Shown here piece by piece: positions 1 through 10,102 of a stretch of DNA of 64,000 nt. Source of the stretch: Actinomycetota bacterium. Its GTDB lineage: Bacteria; Actinomycetota; UBA4738; CALAEC01. Positions within the stretch are counted from its first letter, which is position 1, and every line of letters begins with the position of its first letter. The notes under the pieces were generated by a model, which worked only from the letters and a program-made list of their open reading frames with translations, did no database searches and had not been told where the DNA came from. Location: NCBI GenBank assembly GCA_050692985.1, contig JBOGVZ010000047.1, forward strand, positions 76,533 to 140,532, written 5' to 3'. The translations under genes and the position numbers were made by a program.

Positions 1-809
1 CCCCCCAGCCCCTTCCCCAACGTGACCACATCGGGGGCGATGCCCTCCGCCTCGAAGGCGTGGAGCCAACCGGTGCGCCCCAGTCCCACCTTGACCTCGT
101 CGCACAGGAGCAGGATCCCGTGGCGGCGGCACCGCTCCTCCAGGCCGCGAAGGAAGCCCGGTGGCGGCACGATCATCCCCCCGTCCGACTGGATTGGCTC
201 CAGGAGGACCGCCGCTACCTCCTCCGGCGGGCAGATGGTGGCGAACAGGTAGTCGACGTAGTCCAGGACCGCCGCGCCCACGTCGCCCTCGAACACCGGC
301 CGGTAGGGGTCCGGGTACGGCACCAGCACCAGGCCGGGGTGGGTCGGGCTGTGTGCCTGGGCGGTGTGTCCCGAGACGGCCATCGACCCCGCCGTCCCCC
401 CGTGGTAGGCGCCGACGAACGACAGGAGCCGGCTCCGTCCCGTGGCGGCCTGGATGGACCGCACCGCGGTCTCGTTGGCGTCGGAGCCGGAATGGCCAAG
501 CCACACCAGCCGCTCCCCCTCGCCGGGGACCAGCGCCAAGAGCTCCTCGGCCAGGGCCACGGCCGGCTCGTTCACCGACGACAGGATGCTGGCGGCGGCC
601 ATGGTCCGGGTCGCCCCGGTCACCGCGTCGACTACCGCAGGATGCCCGTACCCGAGGCTCGCCGCTCCCCACGACGCCGACAGGTCGAGCAGCCGCCGGC
701 CGTCCTCCCCGATCAGGTAGGAGCCCTCCCCGCCGGTCACCGCGAGCGGGAAGAACCGCAGCTTCTCCACCCCGGCGATGGCCGCTCCGTCCCGCTCGTA
801 CAGGCCCAT
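1..809 (-). CDS. Class III PLP-dependent aminotransferase (GABA/ornithine-AT family), N-terminal part; gene runs off the window start
   Basis: Reverse-complement translation from ATG at 807-809 reads [63 protein letters not shown]...[34 protein letters not shown], which is a class III aminotransferase with the PLP-lysine motif. The start overlaps the stop of the upstream amidohydrolase (TGATG). It is absent from the ORF track because no stop lies inside the window. Confidence 0.75.
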   Translation of the reverse strand, partial: MGLYERDGAAIAGVEKLRFFPLAVTGGEGSYLIGEDGRRLLDLSASWGAASLGYGHPAVVDAVTGATRTMAAASILSSVNEPAVALAEELLALVPGEGERLVWLGHSGSDANETAVRSIQAATGRSRLLSFVGAYHGGTAGSMAVSGHTAQAHSPTHPGLVLVPYPDPYRPVFEGDVGAAVLDYVDYLFATICPPEEVAAVLLEPIQSDGGMIVPPPGFLRGLEERCRRHGILLLCDEVKVGLGRTGWLHAFEAEGIAPDVVTLGKGLG

Positions 810-1963
810 CAGTCCTCAATCCCTCCGGCCAGCGCCGCCACCGCCCCCGAGTACGCCGCCGCCTGGGCACGGGCCACGGCCGCCACGGCCTCGTCCGGGG
901 GGAGGAACTCCGGGTGGTGCAGGGGATGGGTCCGCTCGCCCCGCCGGTCCCCCACCCCGACGAACAGCATCAGCGTCGTGGCCACCCGGCCGTAGTACCC
1001 GAAGTCGTCGGAGCCGCAGGACCGCATCGTGGGGCCCACGTCGAAGCCCACCTCGGCCAGCATCCTCCGAGCTGACCGCGCCAGCGCCGCGTCATTGACC
1101 ACCGACGGCTCGCCCTCCGTGATCTCCACCCGCGCCGTGCACCCGTGGGCCCGGGCGGTGTGGTCCACCACCTCCTCCACCGCGGCCACCAGGCGCTTGC
1201 GGTCTTCCGGGTCGAGCACCCGGAAGGTCCCCTCGCCCTCGGCCGATCCCGGGATCACGTTCGGGGCCGCCCCCGCCCGCACCGAGGTCACGCTGAACAC
1301 CGTGTGCCCCATGGGGTCCGACCGGCGGCTGACCACCTGCTGGAGGGCGACGACCGTCTGGGCCAGGGCCAGCACCGGGTCGCGGATCCGGTGGGGATAG
1401 GCCGCGTGCCCCCCAGTCCCCTCCACCACGATCCGGAAGTTGTCGGCCGAGGCGTTCACCGCCCCGGCGTCGGCCGTGACCGCGCCCAAACGGACATCTG
1501 GATGGACGTGGGCGGCCACCACCGCCGCCGCGCCCGCCTCCTCCAGGGCTCCCTCCTCCACCACCCCGGCGGCCCCGGACGGATAGTTCTCCTCACTCGG
1601 CTGGAACAGGCCCATCAGGGGAACGGGTAGGTCGGCCCGCCGGGCCGCTCGGACCACGGCCACCAGCGCGGCCATGTGGACGTCGTGGCCGCAGGCGTGC
1701 ATCCGCCCACCGGTGGCGGCGAACGGCGCTCCGCTCTCCTCCTCGATGGGCAGCCCGTCCAGCTCCGCCCGAACGACCACCCCGCCCGGGCCCCGGTCGG
1801 CCGGCACCAGCAGGCCCGTGCCCGCCACCCGGCGCCCCTCCCGGGAACCCAGGGCCTCGGCCACCGTCTCCAAGGTCCGGTGTTCCTGGCCCAGGTGCCA
1901 GAGATGGAACGTGACGTCACCGGCCTCCAGATGATCGAGCGGGTGGCCGACCGGCTGTTCGAG
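809..1963 (-). CDS. M20D-family amidohydrolase (hippurate hydrolase / N-acyl-amino-acid amidohydrolase-like)
   Basis: ORF 809..2119(-) contains ...[19 protein letters not shown]...[38 protein letters not shown]...[10 protein letters not shown]..., the M20 metal-binding and catalytic motifs. The N-terminal ~50 aa of the ORF are Arg/Pro junk. There is no in-frame ATG or GTG near the conserved N-terminus, so the start is uncertain (TTG, CTG or an unusual codon). Confidence 0.8.
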   Translation of the reverse strand, partial: LEQPVGHPLDHLEAGDVTFHLWHLGQEHRTLETVAEALGSREGRRVAGTGLLVPADRGPGGVVVRAELDGLPIEEESGAPFAATGGRMHACGHDVHMAALVAVVRAARRADLPVPLMGLFQPSEENYPSGAAGVVEEGALEEAGAAAVVAAHVHPDVRLGAVTADAGAVNASADNFRIVVEGTGGHAAYPHRIRDPVLALAQTVVALQQVVSRRSDPMGHTVFSVTSVRAGAAPNVIPGSAEGEGTFRVLDPEDRKRLVAAVEEVVDHTARAHGCTARVEITEGEPSVVNDAALARSARRMLAEVGFDVGPTMRSCGSDDFGYYGRVATTLMLFVGVGDRRGERTHPLHHPEFLPPDEAVAAVARAQAAAYSGAVAALAGGIED

Positions 1964-1974
1964 GGAGGGTAGGG

Positions 1975-2706
1975 ATGGCCACGGCCGAGACGGACCTGGT
2001 GACCACGTCCATGCGGGGGTTCTTCGACGGCCACCCCCACATCCGCTACCTGTTCTTCGGGGGCAAGGGCGGGGTGGGCAAGACCGCCATGGCCGGGACC
2101 ACCGCGGTGTCCCTGGCACGCCAGGGGACGCGAACGCTGCTGGCCTCCACGAACCCGGTGCACAGCCTGTCCGGCCTCCTGGACCAGGACGTGTTCGGCA
2201 AGGTCACCGACGTCGGCGGGGTGGAGAACCTGTCGGCCCTGGAGATCGACACCAAGGACGCCATCGAGCGCTCGAAGCGGGAGATCAAAGAGAAGGTCCA
2301 GTGGTTCCTGAAGTTCGCCGAGATCTCCACCAAGGAGGCCACCGAGTTCGTGGACGCGGCCACCATGAACCCGGCCTTCGAGGAGTCGGCCATGTTCGAG
2401 AACATGGTCGACCTGATCTTCAAGGACGAGTACGAGGCGTACGTGTTCGACACCGCCCCCACCGCGAACGCCCGGCGCCTGCTGGGGATGTCGAAGGTCT
2501 ACGGGCTGTGGGTCAACAAGATGGTGAAGTCGCGGGAGGAGGCCCAGGGCCTCCGTGAGCTGCTGTCGTTCACCAAGAAGAAGGAGGACGACCCGTTGAT
2601 GGAGTACCTGCTGGAGTTCCGGGAGCGCATCGCCCACGCCAAGGAGCTGCTCACCGACCCCGGCAAGACCGCGTTCTTCTTCGTCACGCTGCCCGAGGCC
2701 CTGCCG
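1975..2706 (+). pseudogene. ArsA/Get3-family P-loop ATPase, C-terminally truncated at about residue 244
   Basis: MATAETDL...YLFFGGKGGVGKTAMAGTTA (P-loop) ... YVFDTAPTANARRLL ... FFFVTLPEALP, after which homology stops abruptly at nt ~2706. The remaining 33 codons to the stop at 2808 are an off-frame reading of the opposite gene. About 80+ aa of the ArsA domain are missing. Confidence 0.65.
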
Positions 2707-3779
2707 ATGGCTCCCCGGAGGTGCTCGCCGCTCCCGGGGAAGCAGGTGAACTCGGGGAGGCCGTCCAGGGCCAGGTTCACCTTCCCCGACGACCCCCGGA
2801 ACTTGTAGCGACGCACGGCCGCCGTCACCGAGGGGTCGAGCACGCCGGGCTCCAGGAGGTCGAGGAAGGTCCGGCGGGCATCGACGCTGGAGAGCACCGC
2901 GTCGGCGTGGATCTCCTCCCCCGAGGCCAGGGCCACCCCCACGGCACGTTCGCCCCTGGTGAGGATGCGAGCCACCGGGGCCTCCAGGCGGATCTCGGCC
3001 CCGAACGAGCGGGCCGCCGAGGCGATGGCCTCGCTGGCGCCTCCGGTCCCCCCCCGGGGGATGCCCCATGCTCTATACACGCCGTCGATCTCCCCCATGT
3101 AGTGGTGGAGCAGGACGTACGCGGTGCCGGGCGAGCGGATGCCCTGGTAGGTCCCGATGATCCCCGACGCCGCCACGGTGGAGATGAGCGGGTCCGTCTC
3201 GAACCACTGCGACAGGAAGTCCACGGCGCTCATCGTCATGAGCTGGACGAACGTCCGCTGCTGCTCCCGGGACAGGTCCTCGAAGGAGCGGAGCAGGCCG
3301 GCGAGGGGAAGCCACTCACGGATGTCGATGCGGCCCACGTCCGGGGGCACCACCGACAGGATCGGCTTGATGAACCGGGCCATCTCCGCCATGAGCTGGC
3401 CGTACTCCTCGTAGGCCTCGGCATCGTGGCGTGACCACCGGCGGATCTCCCGCATCGTCCGGGCGTGGTCGTTCGTCCGCCACAGGTAGTCACCCTCCAG
3501 TGGCGTGAACGTGCCATCGAGGGGGAGGGAGGCGAATCCGTGGCGGGGGAGGCCGAGCTCCCGGATGATCTCCGGCCGGAGCAGGGAGATCACGTAGGAG
3601 GCCTCGCTGAACCGGAAGCCCGGGAACACCTCCTCCGTGACGGCCGCCCCGCCCACCACGTGGCGCCGCTCCAGCACGACCACCCGCCGGCCGGCCCGGG
3701 CCAGGTACGCGGCGGCCACCAGCCCGTTGTGCCCGCCCCCGATGACAACGGCCTCGAACCGCCGAGAGGTCGTGCCCAC
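2706..3779 (-). pseudogene. Phytoene-desaturase-family FAD/NAD(P)-dependent oxidoreductase (CrtI-like), C-terminally truncated at about residue 358
   Basis: MGTTSRRFEAVVIGGGHNGLVAAAYLARAGRRVVVLERRHVVGGAA (Rossmann GxGxxG) ... YKFRGSSGKVNLALDGLPEFTCFPGSGEHLRGAI, then homology is lost at nt ~2706. The remaining Ser-rich tail is antisense of the arsA-like gene. About 150 aa of the family's C-terminal domain are missing. Confidence 0.65.
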
Positions 3780-3810
3780 GGGCCGGAAGTCTACCGCGCG
3801 GTGCTACCGA

Positions 3811-4239
3811 TCAGCCCGAACCGGAGTTGCCGCCGCCGCCGGGACCCGAGTTGTCGTCCGTGCCGTCGCCGTCATCGTCGTCGTCGTCATCTTCGTCGTC
3901 GTCGACGGTCGCCTCCGGCTGGGGCGTCGGCGTGGGCGACGGCTGCTCGACGGGCGGCTCGGGGAGGAGGGCCAGCGCGGCCTCCACGTCCGCCGCGGCC
4001 GCCAGGATCTCGTCGGCCCGGCCGGGGTCGAGCTCGCCGGCTCCCAGCCACTCGTCCACTGCCCGGCGGAGCTCGTCCAACCGGGCCGCGGCGGCCTGCC
4101 CATCGAGCTCCTCGACGGATCCCCGGACGGCAGCGACGCGGTCCTGAAGATCGCGGGAGGCCCCAGGGGCGAGCCCGCCGGCGCCGGCACACCCGGCCAG
4201 GGCCACGGCGGCGGCCAGGAGGAGGACCCGGGCCCTCAT
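3811..4239 (-). CDS. Small secreted lipoprotein with a poly-Asp/Glu C-terminal tail
   Basis: Internal ATG of ORF 3811..5235(-): MRARVLLLAAAVALAGCAGAGG (lipobox LAGC) ... coiled segment ... EATVDDDEDDDDDDDGDGTDDNSGPGGGGNSGSG. The ATG overlaps the kinase stop (ATGA), so it is co-transcribed with the kinase. Confidence 0.6.
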   Translation of the reverse strand: MRARVLLLAAAVALAGCAGAGGLAPGASRDLQDRVAAVRGSVEELDGQAAAARLDELRRAVDEWLGAGELDPGRADEILAAAADVEAALALLPEPPVEQPSPTPTPQPEATVDDDEDDDDDDDGDGTDDNSGPGGGGNSGSG

Positions 4240-5315
4240 GGTCGGACCGCCCCCTCCAGCCGGTCCAGGGCGTCCTCGAGCGGCGGCGGGACGCCGGTCT
4301 CGGTCCGGGGCTCCTCGGCGGGGCCGCCCGGCGAGGGTCCCCGCAGGGCGACGAAGGCCAGGGCCACCGCCAGCGCCACCACCGCCACGGCGGCGACCGC
4401 CAGGAGGACCGGGCGAGGCAGCCGCCTTCCTCCGGCCACCGGCGCCGCCGGCGGGAGGGGCTCGGTAGGGGTCACCGGGGGCTCGGCGTGGCGCGCCGGC
4501 TCGGCCTCGCCGGAGAGGGCCGCCGCCATGTCCTCCGCCGACGCGAACCGAGCGGCCGGGTCCGGAGACAGCGCCCGCTCGACCGCGGCGGCCAGGGCGG
4601 GGTCCGCGTCCGGACGGAGCTCCGACACGGCTGCCCGGCCGCCGTTGCGGATGGCATCGAGGAAGGCCGCCGGCGTGGCGGCCCGGAACGGCGGCCGGCC
4701 GGTCAGGGCCTCGTACAGGACGGCGCCCGCCGAGTACAGGTCGCTCTGCGGGGTGGCCGGCCTCCCCTCCAGGCGCTCCGGGGCCATGTACACCACGGTC
4801 CCCATCACCTCGGCCGTCTGGGTCGCCGCGGCGTCGGCCATCTTGGCGATGCCGAAGTCCGCGACCTTGGCGTCCCCATCCTCGGTGAGCAGGACGTTCC
4901 CCGGCTTGACGTCGCGGTGGACGATCCCCGCGGCGTGGGCCGCGCCCAGGGCCGCCAGGATGTCGCCGGCCAGGGCCCGGACGCGCTCGCGGTCCGAGGG
5001 CCCGTCCGCCAGCTCGTCGGCCAGCGTCCTGCCCGGCAACAGCTCCATGACGAGGTACGGGAGCCCGTCGTGGGTGCCGCTGTCGTAGACGGACACCACG
5101 TTCGGGTGCACGAGCCGGGCCGCGGCCCGAGCCTCGCCCTCCACCCGCCTCCGCACCGACGGCTGGGTTCCCAGGTCGCGGCGCAGGAGCTTCACCGCCA
5201 CCGGGCGGGACAGGCGAACGTCGCGCCCGGACCACACGTGGCCCATGCCGCCACCCGCGATCCGGCGCTCCAGCCGGTAGCGCCCCCCGACCACGGGAAC
5301 CGTCTCGCTGCTCAC
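4236..5315 (-). CDS. Hanks-type Ser/Thr protein kinase with a C-terminal transmembrane segment
   Basis: RYRLERRIAGGGMGHVWSGRDVRLSRPVAVKLL ... HRDVKPGNVLL ... DFGIA ... VYMAPE, a full kinase subdomain set. A hydrophobic stretch LLAVAAVAVVALAVALAFVAL is followed by an extracytoplasmic tail. Confidence 0.9.
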   Translation of the reverse strand: MSSETVPVVGGRYRLERRIAGGGMGHVWSGRDVRLSRPVAVKLLRRDLGTQPSVRRRVEGEARAAARLVHPNVVSVYDSGTHDGLPYLVMELLPGRTLADELADGPSDRERVRALAGDILAALGAAHAAGIVHRDVKPGNVLLTEDGDAKVADFGIAKMADAAATQTAEVMGTVVYMAPERLEGRPATPQSDLYSAGAVLYEALTGRPPFRAATPAAFLDAIRNGGRAAVSELRPDADPALAAAVERALSPDPAARFASAEDMAAALSGEAEPARHAEPPVTPTEPLPPAAPVAGGRRLPRPVLLAVAAVAVVALAVALAFVALRGPSPGGPAEEPRTETGVPPPLEDALDRLEGAVRP

Positions 5316-5428
5316 ACCCTAGGCATTCCCCGCAGGGCCGGGGATGAACGTTAGGAAACGCTCAGCCGAACAACGGCCAAGCGAGGCGAGCCGGTTGGAT
5401 CGCCCGCGGGCCCGTATGCTGGGCGGCC

Positions 5429-6829
5429 ATGTCCCGTCCGAGCGGTCCCTCGCGGTGGAGGCGCGGGGGGGCGGCGGCGGTGGCCGCCGTGGCCCTGGCG
5501 TCGGCGTGCACGGCGTCCCCCGAGGCCGGACCGAGCGCGGCGCCCACCTCTCCCTCCCCCAGCCCCGAGGCTCCCGTCCCTGCGCTCGAGGTGAACCTGG
5601 CCCGCACCGCCGGCTTCCCGGTGAAGGGCAAGGCCCGTCCCCGCCACCTGCGGCGGCCAGCTCGCGCGGTCCGGGAGGCCATGGATCGGCTGTACACGGC
5701 CGCGTTCGTGGACCCCGGCGCGTGGACCGGCGGCTTCCCAGGCGCGCTCCGCGAGTTCCGGGGCGAGGCCCGGCGACATGCCCGCAAGGACATCAACCGG
5801 CTCACCGTGGGGCGGGCAGCACGGGTCCTGTCCGAGGTTCGGCCGGTGAAGGCCCGGCTCCGGGTCGACCTGCTGCTGGGGACCGGGCGCAACGCGCTGG
5901 CCGCCCTGGCCCGGATGGAGTTCGCCGCCACCGGCCTCAGCACGGACGGCGTGGAGACGCCGATCCGCCATCGCGCCGAGTACCTGCTCCGCCGCTTCGG
6001 GGGCCGGTGGCAGATCGTGGCCTACCGGGTGAAGCATCGCCTGGTGCCCCAGCGGGTCCCCGGCGTGCCCACCGGGGGCACGCTGTTCGTGCTGGCGATC
6101 GGCAGCGACGCCCGCCCCCGGCAGTCGGTGCCCAGGGCCCGGGCCGACTCGATCCACATCATCGGGGTGAACCTGCGCAAGGGGAAAGCCTCGATCCTGG
6201 GGATCCCCCGGGACTCCCACGTCCCGATCCCCGGGCGGGGCACCCAGAAGATCAACGCGGCCCTGTTCCTGGGTGGCCCGGAGCTCCTGGTGCGAACGGT
6301 GGAGCAGCTCACCGGCATCCGCATGGACGGCTACCTGCTCACCGGGTTCGAGGGCTTCCGAAGGATGGTGACCCGCATCGGCGGCCTGACCGTCCGGGTC
6401 CCCTACCGGATGAGCGACGCGGCCTCCGGGGCGTACTTCCAGCCCGGCTCCAAGCGGATGAAGGGCCGGGCCGCCCTGGCGTTCTCCCGCAACCGCCACG
6501 ACGCGCCCGGCGGCGACTTCGGCAGGTCGGTCAACCAGGGGGCGGTGATCCTGGCCGCCCTCCGGGAGCTCCGCCGGGACGTGGGCAAGAACCCCGCCAC
6601 CCTGTTCAGGTGGGTGGGGGTCGCCGCCCAGCACCTCCAGACCGACCTCAGCCCCCTGGAGCGGCTGGAGCTGCTGATCGCCGCCCTGTCCATCGACCCC
6701 GGGAAGGTGCGGAACCGGGTGGTGTCCGGCGGCGGAGGCTTCGCCGGCAGCGCCAGCGTGGTGTTCCTGGGCGGCGGCGCCCGGGCGATGTTCCAGGACC
6801 TCCGCCGCGACGGCACGCTGGGCGGCTGA
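5429..6829 (+). CDS. LytR-CpsA-Psr (LCP) family cell-envelope phosphotransferase with lipoprotein-type signal peptide
   Basis: N-terminus AAAVAAVALASAC, then the LCP core RADSIHIIGVNLRKGKASILGIPRDSHVPIPGRGTQKINAA ... ALAFSRNRHDAPGGDFGRSVNQ. Confidence 0.85.
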   Translation: MSRPSGPSRWRRGGAAAVAAVALASACTASPEAGPSAAPTSPSPSPEAPVPALEVNLARTAGFPVKGKARPRHLRRPARAVREAMDRLYTAAFVDPGAWTGGFPGALREFRGEARRHARKDINRLTVGRAARVLSEVRPVKARLRVDLLLGTGRNALAALARMEFAATGLSTDGVETPIRHRAEYLLRRFGGRWQIVAYRVKHRLVPQRVPGVPTGGTLFVLAIGSDARPRQSVPRARADSIHIIGVNLRKGKASILGIPRDSHVPIPGRGTQKINAALFLGGPELLVRTVEQLTGIRMDGYLLTGFEGFRRMVTRIGGLTVRVPYRMSDAASGAYFQPGSKRMKGRAALAFSRNRHDAPGGDFGRSVNQGAVILAALRELRRDVGKNPATLFRWVGVAAQHLQTDLSPLERLELLIAALSIDPGKVRNRVVSGGGGFAGSASVVFLGGGARAMFQDLRRDGTLGG

Positions 6830-6841
6830 CCCCGCGGGGGT

Positions 6842-9800
6842 TCACCGAGACGTCGCCAGCATCTCCTCGGCGAACTCGGCGTGGCGGGGCATGCCCAGGC
6901 CCCGGTAGCCCGCCGCGGCCTCCTCGAGCATGGCCCGGGCCCGGTCCCCGTCCGCCGGGTTCCCCCACCGAAGCAGGGCGTGGGCGTGGAGCCTGCGCAC
7001 CTCAGGCACGTGGACCCGCTGGGGGAGGTCCTGGGCCTGGCGGAGCGCGGCGGCGAACCGCTCCTCGGCCTCGGCCCACCGGCCTCCGGCCGCCGCGGCC
7101 AGGCCCGCCACGGCGGGCAGGGGCCGCCCGTCCATCCCCCGCATGCGGACGCCCTTGGCCAGGGCCCGCTCCGCGTACCGGCCCAGCCCGGCCGCGTCCT
7201 CCCCCCGGCCCATCAGCGACAGGGACTCGATCGCGTACAGGACCATGGTCCACGCTCCGAACGTGATGGCCTCCTCCGGAGCGGGCAGCCGTCCCTCCCA
7301 CGCCCCGTAGAGCGCGAGGGCCTCGTCCTCGCGTCCGGCCTGGGCCAGATGGAGGAGGAGGGCCCCGGCGGACCAGCCCTCGAACGCCCCGGGGATCTCC
7401 AGCGAGACCGCCCGGCGGTGATGCTCCAGGGCCTCGTCCCACCGGCCCAACCACTCCGCCGAGATGGCCAGGAAGCTGTGCGACTGGGCCACCCACAGCT
7501 GCTCCAGCCGCTCACACAGCTCCAGGTCCCGGCGCGCGAAGGCCTCCACGGCCCGGAAGTCGCCCGTCCGTCCCACGTCCCGGAAGGCCCCGGCCCGCCC
7601 ATGCAGGATGATGGCCAGGCCCGATCCCACCCGCTCGGCGATCGGCGCCAGCTCCTCCCCCACCGCCTCGGAGGCCTCCAGGTCACCCAGGAAGAAGTGG
7701 CTGAACTCCACCAGGCCCAGCAGGACGGCCCGCTCCCACGGGCGATCGTGAAGGGCACCGGTGGCGTCGGCGCGGCGACCGGCCTCGACCGCGCCGGCGA
7801 ACTCCATGAACAGGTAGTCGGCGGTGGCCCGTCCCCCGTGCACGAACGCTTCCAGCCACGGATCCCCCAGCTCCCGGGCCAAGGCCAGGGCCTCCTCCTC
7901 CGTATCCAGGGCCGCGCGACGGTCGCCCGCCCACGCCAGGTAGGCCAGGTGGCCGGCCAGCAGCCGGACCCGGGCACCGTTCCGCATGCCGCCCGAGACG
8001 GTCAGCCCCCGCTGCACGAACTCCAGCCCCTCCACGGCCCGGCCGCTGTAGCCGAGCTCGTAGCCCAGGCGGGCGCAGAGCTCGGTCACGGCCTCGGGAT
8101 CGCCCAGCTCCGTGTACAGGTCGAGGGCCTGGCGCCACGCCGAGGCGGCGTCCCCGATCCGGCCCAGGCTCCGCAGGGCCAGCCCCAGTCGCACCAGGGC
8201 CTGGGCACGGGCCGGCGGGTCGCCCTCGATCAGCGACAGGGCGTTCTCGAAGTGGCCCAGGGCCTCCTCCCACGCGGCGCCGGCCATGGCTCGCTCCCCG
8301 GCCACGGTGAGGTATCGCCGGAGCTTGCCCGGGTCGACCCCCCCGCCGGCATTCAGCAGGTGGTGGATGAGCTCCTCGGCTCGCTCGTCCGCCCGTTCCC
8401 CCAGGCCGGCCTCGATGGCCTCGGCCACCTTCCGGTGCAGGCGCTGGCGACGGAGCGTGGACAGGCCCGCCAGCAGCGTCTGGCGGATCAGCTCGTGGGA
8501 GAACTCGAACCGCTGGCCGCCGTCGGCGGCGGCGATGAGCCGGGCGGCCTCGGCCGACTCCAGGGCGTCGAGCACCTGGTCCTCCCCGGTCCCGGCCACG
8601 GCCTCCAGGAGGTCCGTGTCGAAGCCCCGGCCGATCGTGGCCGCGGCGGCCAGGGTCTTGCGGCCCTCCTCGGTGAGCCGCTGGAGCCTCCGGCCGATCA
8701 CCAGCCGGAGGCTCTCCGGGACGTCGACCTCGTCCACCAGGACGTCGGTGCGCCACCGGCCGGCCTCGTCGATCAGGCGGCCCTCCTCCATCAGGTGCCG
8801 GACCACCTCCTCCACGAAGAACGCGTTCCCCTCGGTCTCCGCGTAGACGACCCGGACCACCTCCGGGGGCGGATCCTGGCCGGCCAGGCCGGCCATCATG
8901 GCCGCCACGGCCGGCTCGTCCAGCCGCTTCAGGGAGATCCGCTCGGCCAGGCGGCGACGCAGGAGGTCCTCGAGCGTCCGGGCCAGCGGGCGGTCCACCT
9001 CGAGCTCCACGTCGCGGTACGTGCCCAGGACCAGCAGGGGGACGTCGTCCAGGGACTCGGCCACGTGCTCCAACAGGAGCAGGGTGGGCTCGTCCGCCCA
9101 GTGGAGGTCGTCCAGGACCAGCAGCATCGGGCGGAGCTCGGCCGCTCGGCCGATGAAGTCCCGGATCGAGTTGAACAGGTAGCGGCGCTCCTGCTCGGGA
9201 GGAAGGTCCAGGGCCGGGGGGATGTCGCCGAACAGGCGCCGGATCTCGGGGACGATCCGGGCGATCTCCCCCGCGGACTCTCCGAGGAGCGCGCGCAGGG
9301 CCTCGGGGCTCCTGGCCCGGGCCACGGCCTGCTCCAGGATCGCCACCCAGGGCATGTACGGGAGGCCGCCCTCCGCCTGGGTGCAGTACCCCACCAGCAC
9401 ACGGGCCCCCCGCTGGTCGGCCTCCCAGGAGACCTCTTCGGCCAGGCGGGTCTTGCCCACCCCCGGCTCGCCACCGATCAGGACCAGCGATCCCCGGCCT
9501 TCCAGGGCCTCGTCCAGGTGCCGGCGAAGGTCGGCGCGTTCCTCGTCCCGGCCGATGAACGGCGTACGGGCCTGGTCCGGGGGAGCGACCGCCTTGCCCC
9601 CCCACCCCAGCTCGTGGAGCCGCCACCGCTGCGGGAACCCCTTGAGCCAGTACAGGCCTCGGTCCACCAGGGTGGGCCCATCGAGGCCCTCGGCGTGGGG
9701 GAGGAGGTCCTCGGACACCAGGATCTGGCCGCCCCGGGCGTGGGCGGAGATGCGGGCCGCCGCGTTGACGGTGGCACCGAACAGGTCGTCGCCCCGCTCG

Positions 9801-10102
9801 ATCACCTCCCCGGCGTGGAGCCCCATCCGCACCGACACCCCGGGCGCTTCCTCCGGCAGGCGGCGTTGGATGGCCACAGCGGCGTCGAGGGCGGTCCGGG
9901 GCTCGGGGAAGGAGAGCATGAACCCGTCGCCCATCGTCTTGACCTCCCGGCCGCGGCGGCGGGCGATCTCCTCGCGGACGATCCCCTCGTGGAGCTCCAG
10001 GAGGAACCGGCACTCCTGGTCGCCCACCCGGTTGGCCAGGTCCGTGGAGCCCACCACGTCGGTGAACAGCAGGGTGGCGGTACGGGCGGCTTCGTCGGTC
10101 AG
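6842..10102 (-). CDS. Multidomain class III adenylate/guanylate cyclase - AAA/NB-ARC ATPase - TPR protein (Rv0386/Rv1358-like architecture, no LuxR HTH)
   Basis: ...TATLLFTDVVGSTDLANRVGD...GDGFMLSFPEP...GLHAGEV (cyclase), then LIGGEPGVGKTRLA (Walker A) ... LVLDDLHWADEP, then a long TPR-like C-terminus. The conserved FTD metal-binding strand lies upstream of the first GTG (10057). An in-frame CTG at 10100-10102 sits 6 nt after GGGAGAGGA and is taken as the start. Confidence 0.85.
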   Translation of the reverse strand: MTDEAARTATLLFTDVVGSTDLANRVGDQECRFLLELHEGIVREEIARRRGREVKTMGDGFMLSFPEPRTALDAAVAIQRRLPEEAPGVSVRMGLHAGEVIERGDDLFGATVNAAARISAHARGGQILVSEDLLPHAEGLDGPTLVDRGLYWLKGFPQRWRLHELGWGGKAVAPPDQARTPFIGRDEERADLRRHLDEALEGRGSLVLIGGEPGVGKTRLAEEVSWEADQRGARVLVGYCTQAEGGLPYMPWVAILEQAVARARSPEALRALLGESAGEIARIVPEIRRLFGDIPPALDLPPEQERRYLFNSIRDFIGRAAELRPMLLVLDDLHWADEPTLLLLEHVAESLDDVPLLVLGTYRDVELEVDRPLARTLEDLLRRRLAERISLKRLDEPAVAAMMAGLAGQDPPPEVVRVVYAETEGNAFFVEEVVRHLMEEGRLIDEAGRWRTDVLVDEVDVPESLRLVIGRRLQRLTEEGRKTLAAAATIGRGFDTDLLEAVAGTGEDQVLDALESAEAARLIAAADGGQRFEFSHELIRQTLLAGLSTLRRQRLHRKVAEAIEAGLGERADERAEELIHHLLNAGGGVDPGKLRRYLTVAGERAMAGAAWEEALGHFENALSLIEGDPPARAQALVRLGLALRSLGRIGDAASAWRQALDLYTELGDPEAVTELCARLGYELGYSGRAVEGLEFVQRGLTVSGGMRNGARVRLLAGHLAYLAWAGDRRAALDTEEEALALARELGDPWLEAFVHGGRATADYLFMEFAGAVEAGRRADATGALHDRPWERAVLLGLVEFSHFFLGDLEASEAVGEELAPIAERVGSGLAIILHGRAGAFRDVGRTGDFRAVEAFARRDLELCERLEQLWVAQSHSFLAISAEWLGRWDEALEHHRRAVSLEIPGAFEGWSAGALLLHLAQAGREDEALALYGAWEGRLPAPEEAITFGAWTMVLYAIESLSLMGRGEDAAGLGRYAERALAKGVRMRGMDGRPLPAVAGLAAAAGGRWAEAEERFAAALRQAQDLPQRVHVPEVRRLHAHALLRWGNPADGDRARAMLEEAAAGYRGLGMPRHAEFAEEMLATSR

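Noticed and set aside
3827-4147. Poly-Ser ORF (SSSSSSSSSS) on the plus strand.
   Set aside because: It is the antisense reading of the lipoprotein poly-Asp tail (GAC/GTC repeats).
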